Below, piece by piece: positions 37,000 to 46,802 of a DNA stretch of 64,000 nt. The DNA is from Candidatus Woesearchaeota archaeon (GTDB lineage: Archaea; Nanobdellota; Nanobdellia; Woesearchaeales; UBA10216). Below the pieces are notes generated by a model. It was not told where the DNA came from. It worked only from the letters and a program-made list of their open reading frames with translations, and searched no databases. Position numbers and translations under genes: made by a program. How positions within the stretch are numbered: position 1 is the stretch's first letter; every line of letters begins with the position of its first letter. The stretch is taken from NCBI GenBank assembly GCA_016185705.1, contig JACPMZ010000010.1, forward strand, positions 913-64,912, read 5' to 3'.

Positions 37000-38124
37000 T
37001 CAGATTAAATGCTTTACCAGCACGTTCTGCGTTATTGAGCGCTGCGCGTAGTAGTCAAGCTCTACATTGAATGTTTTGACGCTGTCTATTTTGCTGTTTT
37101 CGTCAAGCGTCTGGATGCACGTGAAGGTCGCTTTGCCGTCTATCAATAATAGTTCGCCGCTTATGGGGCTGTTTCCTGTTAGTCCTACGCAGTTTAGTCC
37201 TGATGTTTGTGCTAATAATTCAATTCTTGCATTTCTGAGTCTGTCCCGTCTTGATTGGAGTGTATCATATGATGCCTCAAGGCCGACTAAAAATTTAGCA
37301 TCCTCTAATTCCTTTTCAGCTGCAGTGGCATCTATTCCAGCAAGCTTAATTCCTGTATCAACCAGTACATTAATTCTGTCTTTATTCCTGAAGTCTGTGC
37401 TGCATTTTTCTCCTTTGCTGTCTGCTGTTGGCTTGAAAACCTCATCAGGCCCTACTTTGGTTATTTCAAAGTTGAATATTATTTTGTCTGCCCCGCCTAC
37501 GCTTTGGGATACTTTGGTTATGTGCACCGGCGCGCCTGAGTTGCTGACTGCTCTTTCTCCTGACGGATTGCACACTTCGTTTACAGCGTCAGTGAAGTCT
37601 TCCTGCAGGCACATCTGGGATGCTGCGGCTGTTTTGTATCTGTAGCATGCCTCTGCTTTGAATGGGAACTGCTGGTTTCCTTTGAGCGTTTCCCTGTACA
37701 GGAACCTGTCAGAATCTGCCGGCCATCGATCCGCAACAGGAAATGTGAATGGCTGCAAATCCCCTCTTATCAGATTGCCGCTTGGGTCCCGCTGAACTCC
37801 AAGAAGCTGCTGGTTGTTGCTTTGCTTGAGCTGCTTATTTCTGTCTTCAACTGAAAAATCGTTGGGGAAGAATCCTGTCATTTCCATTTCCAGCTCGCCT
37901 GCAGGTATTGTGTGCTCGCCGACGTTTGACACTGTTACAACCGCCAGAAAAGGAAATCCTCGGCCGTCTCCGAAATCAGTCACTTCCAGCGGCGGAGTGT
38001 TTGGAAGGTAAGCTAATCTTAGCCCTTCTTTGCCTCCTGTGAATTCGCTGGTTGTGCTTTCTCCGCCGGGAAGGCATGCTGAAGCGGCAATAACCAAAAA
38101 CAGAATTCCGTAAATGGCTTTCAT
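37000..38124 (-). CDS. Putative surface lipoprotein (EACY...SNSGAPV family), paralog 1
   Basis: ASAC lipobox-like motif; FKAEACYRYKT, QMCL, CNP, SNSGAPVHIT, ATFTCIQ. Confidence 0.8.
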   Translation of the reverse strand: MKAIYGILFLVIAASACLPGGESTTSEFTGGKEGLRLAYLPNTPPLEVTDFGDGRGFPFLAVVTVSNVGEHTIPAGELEMEMTGFFPNDFSVEDRNKQLKQSNNQQLLGVQRDPSGNLIRGDLQPFTFPVADRWPADSDRFLYRETLKGNQQFPFKAEACYRYKTAAASQMCLQEDFTDAVNEVCNPSGERAVSNSGAPVHITKVSQSVGGADKIIFNFEITKVGPDEVFKPTADSKGEKCSTDFRNKDRINVLVDTGIKLAGIDATAAEKELEDAKFLVGLEASYDTLQSRRDRLRNARIELLAQTSGLNCVGLTGNSPISGELLLIDGKATFTCIQTLDENSKIDSVKTFNVELDYYAQRSITQNVLVKHLI

Positions 38125-38159
38125 GCGTTGTATTCGAGAAATTTTGTATATAAATGTTT

Positions 38160-39155
38160 CTACTGGATGTCTTCAACAAGAACGTTTGTCTCTATTGTTT
38201 CCCTGACGTCGTATTCAAGTGCTGCAGTGAAGGTTTTTATGCTGTCAACGAATGACACTCCTTCAAGGTTTTGTATGCATGAGAAGGTTGCTGCGCCGTT
38301 GTTCAGTATCAGTTCGCCTGAGCCCTTATCGGCTCCTACATTTGTAAGCCCCAGGCAGTTTATGGAATCAGGGTTTCCGAGATTTGTTGTTACAGTCACT
38401 TTAACCCTGTTTTCGGAGAGCTGGTCGCTCTTTTGGCATTTTGGCCTTTGAGTCGGGTCTCTGGTATAGAATATGTCTGCTGTTCCCGCTTTTTTGACTT
38501 CAAAGTCAAGCACTACTGAGTTTGTTCCTGCCACGTCCTGCCTTACAGCTGTTATGTGAACCGGCGCTCCGGAGTTGCTGACCTGCCTGTTTCCTATCGG
38601 ATTGCAGATTTCAGTGTCGCTGCTTCTGAGGTCTTCCTTCAGGCAGATTTGCGAAACGGTTTTTGTTTCGTACTTGTAGCATGCTTCTGCTGTAAACGTG
38701 TAGGTTTGGTCTACGCTCAAATCCTGTCTATAGGCAAATTCGCCTGTTTTCGGAAAGGTTATCTGCTCAAGCGTGCCTCTTCTTACATCGCCCTGATTGT
38801 TTTTTGAAACAGCAGTAAGTGTTTGTGTGTTGGACTGGGTGAGTTCTTCGGTGGCAGCAACGCCGAAATCTTCAGGGAAGAATCCTTTCAGGCTTAATTT
38901 CAGGCCTCCTGGATTAATGGTGTATTCTCCAACGTTTTCAACGCTTACAATTGCGTTGAATTTAAACTGGTCTTCTTGGGTTGGGCCTGCATCAAAGGCT
39001 TTTGCCGGCGGGTTGTTGTCAAGAAACTTCAGTGTTACGCCGTCGTTTCCGCCAACAAAACCGAATGTGGAGGGTGTCTGCCCTTCGCCGGGCGAGCATG
39101 CAGAGATTATAGTTACAACAGCCAGCAGAATAACAGTTGCTATTACGCTTCTCAT
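38160..39155 (-). CDS. Putative surface lipoprotein, paralog 2
   Basis: ISAC lipobox-like motif; same motifs as 37000-38124. Confidence 0.8.
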   Translation of the reverse strand: MRSVIATVILLAVVTIISACSPGEGQTPSTFGFVGGNDGVTLKFLDNNPPAKAFDAGPTQEDQFKFNAIVSVENVGEYTINPGGLKLSLKGFFPEDFGVAATEELTQSNTQTLTAVSKNNQGDVRRGTLEQITFPKTGEFAYRQDLSVDQTYTFTAEACYKYETKTVSQICLKEDLRSSDTEICNPIGNRQVSNSGAPVHITAVRQDVAGTNSVVLDFEVKKAGTADIFYTRDPTQRPKCQKSDQLSENRVKVTVTTNLGNPDSINCLGLTNVGADKGSGELILNNGAATFSCIQNLEGVSFVDSIKTFTAALEYDVRETIETNVLVEDIQ

Positions 39156-39198
39156 AACCCGACACTTGTAAAATCTTTATATAAATTTTTCTGTTTTT

Positions 39199-39286
39199 TA
39201 GTTGAGGACAATAGTTTCGCATATTTATTTTCCTCAGCTAAAGTTTGGAAGGCATAGCATTTCCTATGCATTACTTGTGTCTTCCA
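39199..39286. repeat. Two tandem family B hairpins
   Basis: TAGTTGAGGA-N22-TCCTCAGCTA and TGGAAGGCATA...TGTGTCTTCCA; TACTTGTGTCTTCC shared with 63983-63996. Confidence 0.62.
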
Positions 39287-39345
39287 TTGTTTCGTCCACG
39301 GAAAAATGGGTAAAGTTTAAATAGTGAAAAGCTGAATTTGAAGGT

Positions 39346-40728
39346 ATGGTTAGGTATGCCTCTCTTGCTTTGACGGTTTTTGTGATTCTTGCTGTGCTGT
39401 ACAGCTTTGATTCCCTGAGCCAAACTTCGGTAACTGGTTATGCTTCCGGCGATGTTTGCCCTGAGGCGCGTAATGACGGCTGGAAGTGGAGGTGTGGTGG
39501 TGTCCGCTACCAGACTTATGATTCATGCGTCGCCGGCTGTGGTGCTCAGGGTTCAGCGCAGCAGCAATCTTCTGCTGGCTCTGCCGCTGGCAGCGATGCT
39601 CAGCAGGATACAACTGTCATTCCCGGCTCTCCAGCTGCCGGCTCTCAGCTCGCAGGCATCCGCCTTGAACCGGTTATTCAGGTGCTGGACGCCACTCCGA
39701 AAAGGGACAGGTATGTTGTTGGCGACAGTGTTATGCTGAATGTTTACGTTAAGAACTCTGGCACCAAAAGCACGCACGAATACCCTGAAGGGTATCGTTA
39801 CATTGTGAAGCTTTACAGCGGCAATTCTCTTTTGGAGGAGAAAACATTTTTCTTTGGAGGTTTGCCGCGTTATCTTGCTGATGAAAACGCACAGGTTACA
39901 ACTATTTCCAAAGGCAGCAATGTAAACGCTTTCGACACTGTGTGGGTTGCGGACAAGCAGACTCTGAAAGCTGAAGTTATTATAATAAAGCAGGATAATG
40001 ACAATGACGTTTCGGTAGCCACGTTTAAGGCTGAAAAAGGCCTGGAAGTGCTTTCCGAGGAAGAATATGGGGATTTCCTTGCCGCTAATGTTCCCGACAT
40101 ACAGCTGGTTGAGGTCAAGCTTCTGCCTGCTCCGACGAGCATTCCTTCAACTGTCACCAACTTTGCATACCGGATTAAGAATGAGGGCAGTGCTGATGCA
40201 GTGTTCTCAGATAAGTTTTTTGAGGCAAGCATCAAGCTGCTCAAGGGCGGCAGCACAATCTGCCAGGTGTCAGAAGACAGGCGCTTGTTTACGCTGAAGC
40301 CTGGTGAATCTAAGGGCTTCAGCACTTCCCTCGCAGCCGGCAGCTGCGTCATTGACAGCAGGTCTGCTTCGTACAGTTTCGTGGTTGAGCTGGACAGGAA
40401 CAATGTTTATGGAAAGAAAACCGTTGCTCAGTCAGCTGCCGATGCTGTTGTTGCATGCTCTCCGCTGGGGGGCAGGGGAACAGATGCTTACTGCGACCTT
40501 GATGGTTTCTACAAGAGCTACAAGGGCGGGGACGCTGCCTGCAGCCACAATTTTGAGTGTGAGGAAAACTTTTGCTACAACAGCAAATGCATTGAAAAAG
40601 GCATAATACAGGACAACAGGGCCTGCACTTTCAGCTTGCAGTGCGCATCTGATTTGTGCATAAAGGGCGTATGCGTTGGCGGCGAAAGGAAGGAAAGCAT
40701 CCACGCCTTGGTGCCTGTATTTGAATAG
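39346..40728 (+). CDS. Secreted protein with Ig/CARDB-like domains and Cys-rich ends
   Basis: Signal with VTGYA, VKNSG and IKNEG CARDB-like strands, C-terminal C-x5-C-x4-C-x4-C repeats. Confidence 0.75.
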   Translation: MVRYASLALTVFVILAVLYSFDSLSQTSVTGYASGDVCPEARNDGWKWRCGGVRYQTYDSCVAGCGAQGSAQQQSSAGSAAGSDAQQDTTVIPGSPAAGSQLAGIRLEPVIQVLDATPKRDRYVVGDSVMLNVYVKNSGTKSTHEYPEGYRYIVKLYSGNSLLEEKTFFFGGLPRYLADENAQVTTISKGSNVNAFDTVWVADKQTLKAEVIIIKQDNDNDVSVATFKAEKGLEVLSEEEYGDFLAANVPDIQLVEVKLLPAPTSIPSTVTNFAYRIKNEGSADAVFSDKFFEASIKLLKGGSTICQVSEDRRLFTLKPGESKGFSTSLAAGSCVIDSRSASYSFVVELDRNNVYGKKTVAQSAADAVVACSPLGGRGTDAYCDLDGFYKSYKGGDAACSHNFECEENFCYNSKCIEKGIIQDNRACTFSLQCASDLCIKGVCVGGERKESIHALVPVFE

Positions 40729-40778
40729 CTTTGTAGAAAACGTGCGCTGTGTTCTCTTGCTAGGATTTTCAGCAGCAG

Positions 40779-42356
40779 CTAAGGGCTTACCACTTTCCCT
40801 TTCTTTGTGTCAGAGTCTGTGTTTCCTGCCTGGTCTCTGACAATTATTGTGTAAGAGTATTCGCCGCTTTGCGGTGCGTTTTGGCTGAATGTTCTTTCGC
40901 ATATTTTGTCAGCGCATGAAAAGACTTCTATGGTTTTTCCGTCTTTGCCAATGAGCTCTATTGATGACACCATTGACTCATCGCTTGCCTTCACTTTTAT
41001 TGCTATGCTTGCTCCCGGCGTTGCTTCTGCAGGCATTTCAAACACGTCAATCACCGGGCGGTCTTTGTCTATTACTACAAGCGCTGTTTTTGTCTGGGAT
41101 GGCCGGTTGAGGGTGTCATATGCTATTGCTTTGTACAGGTATCTGCCTTCTGCTTCAGGCGCTGCGAATTTGAACTGTTTGGTGCATGTTCGCTTGCCTT
41201 CGCACATCGCAGGGTTTTCCTCTTCTGTTGCCGCAAGGTTGCCGTCAGCATCAAGCATCTGCACGCTTAGCAGCCCGAAGTCATCGTTTGCAGTGATTGA
41301 CGCTGTTACTTGCTGGGATGCCGTGACTTCTGTGGGCGATATTCTGAATGCTGTAAGCTGCGGCGGCTCGTCCAGTACTTCTATTTCAACTTCTGCTGAT
41401 GCTGCTGTCTGGAAGCCGTAGCTTAATGTAAGCGTTAAGGTTGATACAATGTTGTTGTTTGCCCCTGCTGCAAAGTCCGGAGGCATTTCTGCTTCAGGTA
41501 TTTTTGCTGTGCTGCATTCTATGAATTCCTTTTTGGCTGCGCCTGTTGCTATGAGCGTTTGTCCTTCGCAGTCAAGCTTAAGTCCTGAAAGCTCGGCTTT
41601 TTCAACAGTAACTATTCCTATTTCTGAGCCTGCTTCGTCTGTGCATGCTTTCCTCAATGCGTCGTCGCTGCTGTCAAGCACTGTGCCTTTTCCCACTTTT
41701 TCAACATACACTTTGAACCTTGGCCTCACTGTTTCTCCGATTGTTAAGGATTCCTGCCCTATTTTGGTTACTGCTACCGGCGCGCCCTGGTTTTTGAGGC
41801 GGATATCCGAAGGCTCGCACACTAAGCTGCTTTCAGGTATTGAGAAATGCGCTGTCTTTACGCATACAGGCGTTGACACGAATGTTTTGTACGGGTAGCA
41901 TGCCAGGGCTGTGATTGTTCGGGAAGTTGTGCTTTTTGCAGCGCCAACATCTGCTTTCACTTCAACCGCTGCCCTTCCGCCTGCAAGGTAGTTTTCCCTG
42001 CCGATTATTTCAGCAGTGCCTGTGCTGCTCAGCGCATCTTTAAGCAGCCCGAAGTCTGGACTGACTTTTAGCGGCTCTGCTGCTATCACCTTGAAGTATC
42101 CGCAGCCGAAATCTGCCCGGCTGGTGTCGCCGCATGTTATGTCTGCTGCTCCTTTGTTTTCCAGCAGTACCGCTATCGGTATCGCAGCGCCGGGCACTGT
42201 TGTTTCAGGCGGTGCGTTGTCAAAGAAGCTCAGCTCAAGCCCCTGCTTCCCCTCAAAAGCTTCGGATACGTCAGGAATTTTTCCGGGCTCGCTTGGGCCG
42301 CATGCCGCAATTATTGAAATTAAACTCAGCATTAAAATAAAGTTGTAATTTTTCAT
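40779..42356 (-). CDS. Putative surface lipoprotein, paralog 3, with two C-terminal Ig-like repeats
   Basis: IAAC lipobox-like motif; LACYPYKT, QGAPVAVT; repeated A-x-D-D/E...Y...D-x-x-x-N units. Confidence 0.78.
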   Translation of the reverse strand: MKNYNFILMLSLISIIAACGPSEPGKIPDVSEAFEGKQGLELSFFDNAPPETTVPGAAIPIAVLLENKGAADITCGDTSRADFGCGYFKVIAAEPLKVSPDFGLLKDALSSTGTAEIIGRENYLAGGRAAVEVKADVGAAKSTTSRTITALACYPYKTFVSTPVCVKTAHFSIPESSLVCEPSDIRLKNQGAPVAVTKIGQESLTIGETVRPRFKVYVEKVGKGTVLDSSDDALRKACTDEAGSEIGIVTVEKAELSGLKLDCEGQTLIATGAAKKEFIECSTAKIPEAEMPPDFAAGANNNIVSTLTLTLSYGFQTAASAEVEIEVLDEPPQLTAFRISPTEVTASQQVTASITANDDFGLLSVQMLDADGNLAATEEENPAMCEGKRTCTKQFKFAAPEAEGRYLYKAIAYDTLNRPSQTKTALVVIDKDRPVIDVFEMPAEATPGASIAIKVKASDESMVSSIELIGKDGKTIEVFSCADKICERTFSQNAPQSGEYSYTIIVRDQAGNTDSDTKKGKVVSP

Positions 42357-44110
42357 TTTGTGCTTATTGATTTTTCGGTTTCGTAGGTGAAGTCAACGTC
42401 CACGCTGAAATCTGCCTGCGCAAAGGGCTGGCCCTGCAGAGCTTCATCAGCATCTATTAGCATCGGGCATGTGAATAGTCTGCTGGTTTTGATGTTCTCA
42501 TACTGAATCCTGTTGCTGCTTATCAGATTAACATCAATAACATATTCGTTTTCTGGATTTGCGTAGCCGCACTTCTCCTGCCCAAGCGACACTCCTGGCG
42601 GCAATTTTATGACAATGTTGTTTATTCGCTTTATTTTTCCGCTGAAAGCTATGTTGTTGCCCACTGCAAATTCAAAGTCAGGATATGAAAGCCCTTCTGC
42701 TATTCCTAACGGCGGATTTTGGAGTTCTATCGGGCCGATGCCAAGCCTTGCCGGACCGTTGTCATGAATGATGCTTGCCTTCTTCTCGCTTGATGGCGCA
42801 TCAACATCAATCAGGTCAAAAGGCTCTTCGCCTTTTATGAGTTTTTCCTCAAGCAAATCATTTTCCATGAAATAAGTGGCGAGTTCAACTTTTTCCTGTA
42901 AATCATATTCGGCAGCGAATGTTACAGAAGAAGCATCCTTGATTTGCTCTTTGGTAAAGAAGCACGACACTGTCCGCGGCCTGTTATAGAAAACGTTGAA
43001 TCCTTCCAGCAGTTCAGCTTCGGTTATGTCAAGCTGCCCTCCAACTTCTGCAATTGATGTTGATTTTTCGTGGAAGCAGCGAACGTTTGACACCGTAACG
43101 TAGTTCCTGTCCTTCGGAGGATTGGTCAGGGTGAGCAGCGCTTTGACAGTTGTCCCTTCCTGAAGCTTTACTGCTCCGCTGGGATGCTTCTCAATCACAA
43201 TGCCGTACTTTGGCTGCGCCTTGTTTGCATCGCCAAAAATGTCCTCGCCGCCTGCCCTGCCGATGCTGGTATCAGTCATTCTGCGGATGGAGCTGGGAGC
43301 GTCAACAATAGCCGAAGCAAAGTCTTTGGTGGTTTTCCTCAAGGCGCTGGAGCTCGTTCTGACAAATGAAATAATAACGTTCTCCTGCTCAGGGAAGCTG
43401 GAGCTTATGTCAAGCCCCGCCTGCTCAAATGCTTCATTGATTTGCTCGTCAGCATGCACATATGCCAGAGCCAGTATCAGGAAAAAGAAGAAAAGGTATA
43501 TTGCCGTTGCTATTTTGCCGCCTCCGCGGTTGAATATGAAGCCGGTAAATGCTATGTACAGGAACAATACGGGAAATGCGTGGTTTGCAACCGACATCCC
43601 AATCCAGTAATACACTTCCGGAGCGATTGTGATTAAGCTGGGGACTGCCAGAAGCAGGATGGCAGCGATTTTGGCATATATTATCAGCTTAAGGACTCCG
43701 TCTCCCGGCGCAAATCTTGTTAGCAGGATAAAAGCGCCAAACGCATGAATTATCAGGCCAAGCAGCAGGTTTGAGTTGCCAAGAATAAATGCTAAGAAGT
43801 CAAACAGCGCTGCGACAAGGAATATTGTCAGTCCTCCTGTGAGGTTTGATGCAATCCTTGTTCCTGCCCCGAACGCAAACCACGGCAATACTCCTTTAAG
43901 CGCGCCGCCTACTGCAGACGCAGCGCCGCCCATGCCGCCTGCCACTTTTCCTGCCGCTGCTGCCTTCCCTGCCAAGCTGCCCATCCCAGCCCCAATCATT
44001 GCAGCAGAGTTATTTTGATCAGGTCTGATCGCAGTGTTTTTACGGGACTTCAGAATCTCCTTTTGCCTGTCGATCGCGTCTTGTGGTAAAATTGCCTCTG
44101 CCGAAACCAT
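42353..44110 (-). CDS. Multi-TM protein with large extracellular beta domain
   Basis: Gly/Ala-rich N-terminus, several TMs, C-terminal FTC...DFTYET resembling the adjacent lipoproteins. Confidence 0.72.
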   Translation of the reverse strand: MVSAEAILPQDAIDRQKEILKSRKNTAIRPDQNNSAAMIGAGMGSLAGKAAAAGKVAGGMGGAASAVGGALKGVLPWFAFGAGTRIASNLTGGLTIFLVAALFDFLAFILGNSNLLLGLIIHAFGAFILLTRFAPGDGVLKLIIYAKIAAILLLAVPSLITIAPEVYYWIGMSVANHAFPVLFLYIAFTGFIFNRGGGKIATAIYLFFFFLILALAYVHADEQINEAFEQAGLDISSSFPEQENVIISFVRTSSSALRKTTKDFASAIVDAPSSIRRMTDTSIGRAGGEDIFGDANKAQPKYGIVIEKHPSGAVKLQEGTTVKALLTLTNPPKDRNYVTVSNVRCFHEKSTSIAEVGGQLDITEAELLEGFNVFYNRPRTVSCFFTKEQIKDASSVTFAAEYDLQEKVELATYFMENDLLEEKLIKGEEPFDLIDVDAPSSEKKASIIHDNGPARLGIGPIELQNPPLGIAEGLSYPDFEFAVGNNIAFSGKIKRINNIVIKLPPGVSLGQEKCGYANPENEYVIDVNLISSNRIQYENIKTSRLFTCPMLIDADEALQGQPFAQADFSVDVDFTYETEKSISTK

Positions 44111-44178
44111 GGGTAATCCTCTTTTATCTGCTTGCCTTCAGTTTTCCTTTTATTGATACTTAAAGGTTTCTAAACAGG

Positions 44179-44294
44179 GGTGCTTTCAACTTTTGCGCGT
44201 TCCGCTGCCCGCTTCTTATTCCCTCCCTCGCAATTTAAGGGAGGGAATAAGAAGCGGGCGCAGGCTATCAAAAAATGCTTAACTTGACTTTGCC
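44179..44294. mobile_element. MITE-like element, family A copy 6, central palindrome 44207-44259
   Basis: Ends GGTGCTTTCAACTT / AACTTGACTTTGCC; perfect 22-bp stem; both ends match the ends of 60880-61022. Confidence 0.75.
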
Positions 44295-44917
44295 ATAATT
44301 GCAGAAATGGCCTCCACAGATTCCTTCGCATTCGCCGTGTACATGCCTAATGCGAGAAGCAGTGATTTGAGGTCATGCGGCGAGCGCATTTCATATGGCT
44401 CAGAGGTTAAGCTTGCTATCGCTGTTTTTACTTTGTACTTTTTTGTCAGCTTTATGTTCTGCCGCACCCTGCCAAGCAGTAATGGCAGATTCTTTGCATT
44501 GAGCATTGCTGAGAAGCTGAACGCCACTACGACGTCATTATCCCTTGCAAACTGGCATGTTCCTTTGTCCAGCCCCGAATTTCTGGTTTTGGCAAAGTCT
44601 TTTCTCACTCCAAGCTCCAGATTATAAACTATGTTTGGCTTGTACTTGGCTATGATGTCCCGCGCTCCTTCAGCAGCTTCTGTTATTACGATTTCTTTGC
44701 TGTCGTGCGCTTTGTAGATTTTTGCGCCGCTCACCCTGAATACTGCCTGCAGCTTTATCTTGGTGGTTTTTTGCAGTTCCTGCACGCTGCTTTTAATTTT
44801 TTCAGCTGTGTTTTTGTCATAATCATACGCGAACAGAATGCCCTGAATGCCCAGCTTTTCAGCTACCGGGATGAAATCCTTTTCGTTGTTTTTCGGAAAT
44901 ATTATGTCGTAAAACAT
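44279..44917 (-). CDS. rnp3: Ribonuclease P protein component Rpp30
   Basis: NSGLDK...ARDNDVVVAFSFS, RQNIKLTKKYKV, PYEMRSPHDL. Confidence 0.8.
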   Translation of the reverse strand: MFYDIIFPKNNEKDFIPVAEKLGIQGILFAYDYDKNTAEKIKSSVQELQKTTKIKLQAVFRVSGAKIYKAHDSKEIVITEAAEGARDIIAKYKPNIVYNLELGVRKDFAKTRNSGLDKGTCQFARDNDVVVAFSFSAMLNAKNLPLLLGRVRQNIKLTKKYKVKTAIASLTSEPYEMRSPHDLKSLLLALGMYTANAKESVEAISAIMAKSS

Positions 44918-44993
44918 GTGCTAGCTGTATTTGGTTTTTATTTAAATTTATGTGTTAGCAACTTGCACGACAGAAAAGCGAAACATTTATATA

Positions 44994-45021
44994 TGTTTAC
45001 GATTACTTAATAACGTAAACA
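44994..45021. promoter_or_regulatory. Candidate operator of the UPF0175/DUF3368 pair
   Basis: TGTTTACG-N12-CGTAAACA directly after TTTATATA. Confidence 0.55.
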
Positions 45022-45031
45022 AGTGGTTAAA

Positions 45032-45340
45032 ATGTCAGAAAACGTTGCTGCAAGGATATCTGAATCAGTAGCTGGTGATATAGATTTTGTTGCTAAGGAA
45101 GAGGCAACTGATAAATCAACTGTTATAAGGGAACTGCTTTCCAGTGCTGTCAAGCAAAAATTGGTCGATTTGGCATTGGATAAATATTCGAAACGTCTTG
45201 TTTCTCTTGGAAGGGCTGCTGAACTTGCAAAAATACCTTTAGCAGATTTCATGGTTGTAGCTGCTGAAAGAAAGATGCCCATGAATTATTCGGTCAAATC
45301 ACTTGAGAAAGATTTTGCTGCAGCTATGAAGGCAAAATGA
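45032..45340 (+). CDS. UPF0175 family putative antitoxin
   Basis: DKSTVIRELL (RHH-like), VSLGRAAELAKI. Confidence 0.85.
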   Translation: MSENVAARISESVAGDIDFVAKEEATDKSTVIRELLSSAVKQKLVDLALDKYSKRLVSLGRAAELAKIPLADFMVVAAERKMPMNYSVKSLEKDFAAAMKAK

Positions 45341-45825
45341 TAGTTTCCAATTCTTCTCCATTAATAAGTCTGGGAAAGCAAGGAATTCTTTATCTTCTTA
45401 GGAAATGCTTTGATAAAGTTGCCATTCCACATGCAGTTTATGAAGAAATCTCAAGGAAGAAGGATAGTCCAGAGTGTGCAAGGTTGCAGCAAGCTATAAG
45501 AGAAAAATGGATAGTGGTTAGAAAGGTTTCAATAAACCCCTTATTAGTAACTGAGAAGCTGGGTAATGGTGAAAAAGAAGCTATATCTTTGGCATCCAAA
45601 ATGAAATATTTACTTCTAATAGACGATGACTATGCAAAAACATATGCTTCCTTGTTAAATGTAGAGGCGCATGGATTAATCTACGTTATTTACCGCTCAT
45701 ATTCAAAAAGATTTATAGATAAAAAGAAAGCAGTAAGTCTTGTTGACCAAATGGTTGCAGCTGGATTCTATCTCTCAACAGAAACTTATGCAAAGTTCTT
45801 GGATTTGCTTAATGGATCAAAATGA
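45337..45825 (+). CDS. DUF3368 PIN-domain putative toxin
   Basis: IVSNSSPLI, IPHAVYEEI, LGNGEKEAISLA, LLIDD; AT-rich; ATGA-coupled. Confidence 0.88.
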   Translation: MIVSNSSPLISLGKQGILYLLRKCFDKVAIPHAVYEEISRKKDSPECARLQQAIREKWIVVRKVSINPLLVTEKLGNGEKEAISLASKMKYLLLIDDDYAKTYASLLNVEAHGLIYVIYRSYSKRFIDKKKAVSLVDQMVAAGFYLSTETYAKFLDLLNGSK

Positions 45826-45826
45826 G

Positions 45827-46723
45827 TTAATTTATAGCAACTGCTATTGAACTAACTAACTTGCATGCCTTGCAAGTTTCCTTGCTGCACGGCTCTCCGC
45901 AGTTGCTGCAGTGGTTCAGCTGCGTGCTTTGCGCTGCTTTCAGCTGCGGCAGTATTTTCAGGAAGTTGTTGATTAAATTTATTTTGGCTTTTTTGTTGAC
46001 AGCTGCATAATCATTCATCATATCCCTGATAAATGCCCTGAATGAGCTGTGGCTGTGCGGGCATTGCACAAATCTTGGCGCAAAATTGTTTGCAATGGCG
46101 TAAGTTGCCGATTCTTTTTCCGTGCAGAAGTACAGCGGCTTTATTCTGGGTATGAACATGCTGTCTCTTGCGTTCCCTGTTACCGGCCCGAGCCGCGACA
46201 GCAATGGCATCTGCGCCTTGACTAAATTCATCATTATTGACTGCGCTTCGTCATCCAGATTGTGGCCTGTTGCAATCTTGGTAAAGCCGCGCGCTTTGGA
46301 ATTCAGCAGATACCTTCTAAGTATCCCGCACATGTGGCACGGCGACAAATCCTTTCGCAGCTGCAGAGCTTCTTTGAGCGAGAAGCCGAATTCCTCTTTA
46401 TAGGAGTAAATGTTGAGGGGGATTCCATTGTTGCTGCAAAACTTTTCCAAATCCTGCAGGGTAATGCTTCTGTATCCCGGTATTCCCTCGTCAATCGCTA
46501 ATGCTTCTACGTTTCCAAAATATTTTTTTAGTATATAAAGAACAGCGGTGCTGTCCTTGCCGCCGCTGCTCGCAACTATTATTCTGTCGTTGCTTCCAAT
46601 CATGTTGAATTTTTTAATGGTGGAAACTGCCTTGTTTTCAAAATACTCAATAAAATGCTTTTTGCAAAATGCCTGCTCGCTGGCTATGATTGCTTTGCTG
46701 CTGCAATTGCTGCATTTTGCCAT
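45827..46723 (-). CDS. TtuA/Ncs6 family tRNA 2-thiolation protein
   Basis: N- and C-terminal zinc fingers, SGGKDS PP-loop, CHMC, TGHNLDDE, RIKPL. Confidence 0.9.
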   Translation of the reverse strand: MAKCSNCSSKAIIASEQAFCKKHFIEYFENKAVSTIKKFNMIGSNDRIIVASSGGKDSTAVLYILKKYFGNVEALAIDEGIPGYRSITLQDLEKFCSNNGIPLNIYSYKEEFGFSLKEALQLRKDLSPCHMCGILRRYLLNSKARGFTKIATGHNLDDEAQSIMMNLVKAQMPLLSRLGPVTGNARDSMFIPRIKPLYFCTEKESATYAIANNFAPRFVQCPHSHSSFRAFIRDMMNDYAAVNKKAKINLINNFLKILPQLKAAQSTQLNHCSNCGEPCSKETCKACKLVSSIAVAIN

Positions 46724-46802
46724 GTGATTTTGGGATGGAATCGCATATATAAAGGATGCCGCTGCCAAAAATTTATAAAACAAGGCGCAATTAAGGGCTG
46801 TG

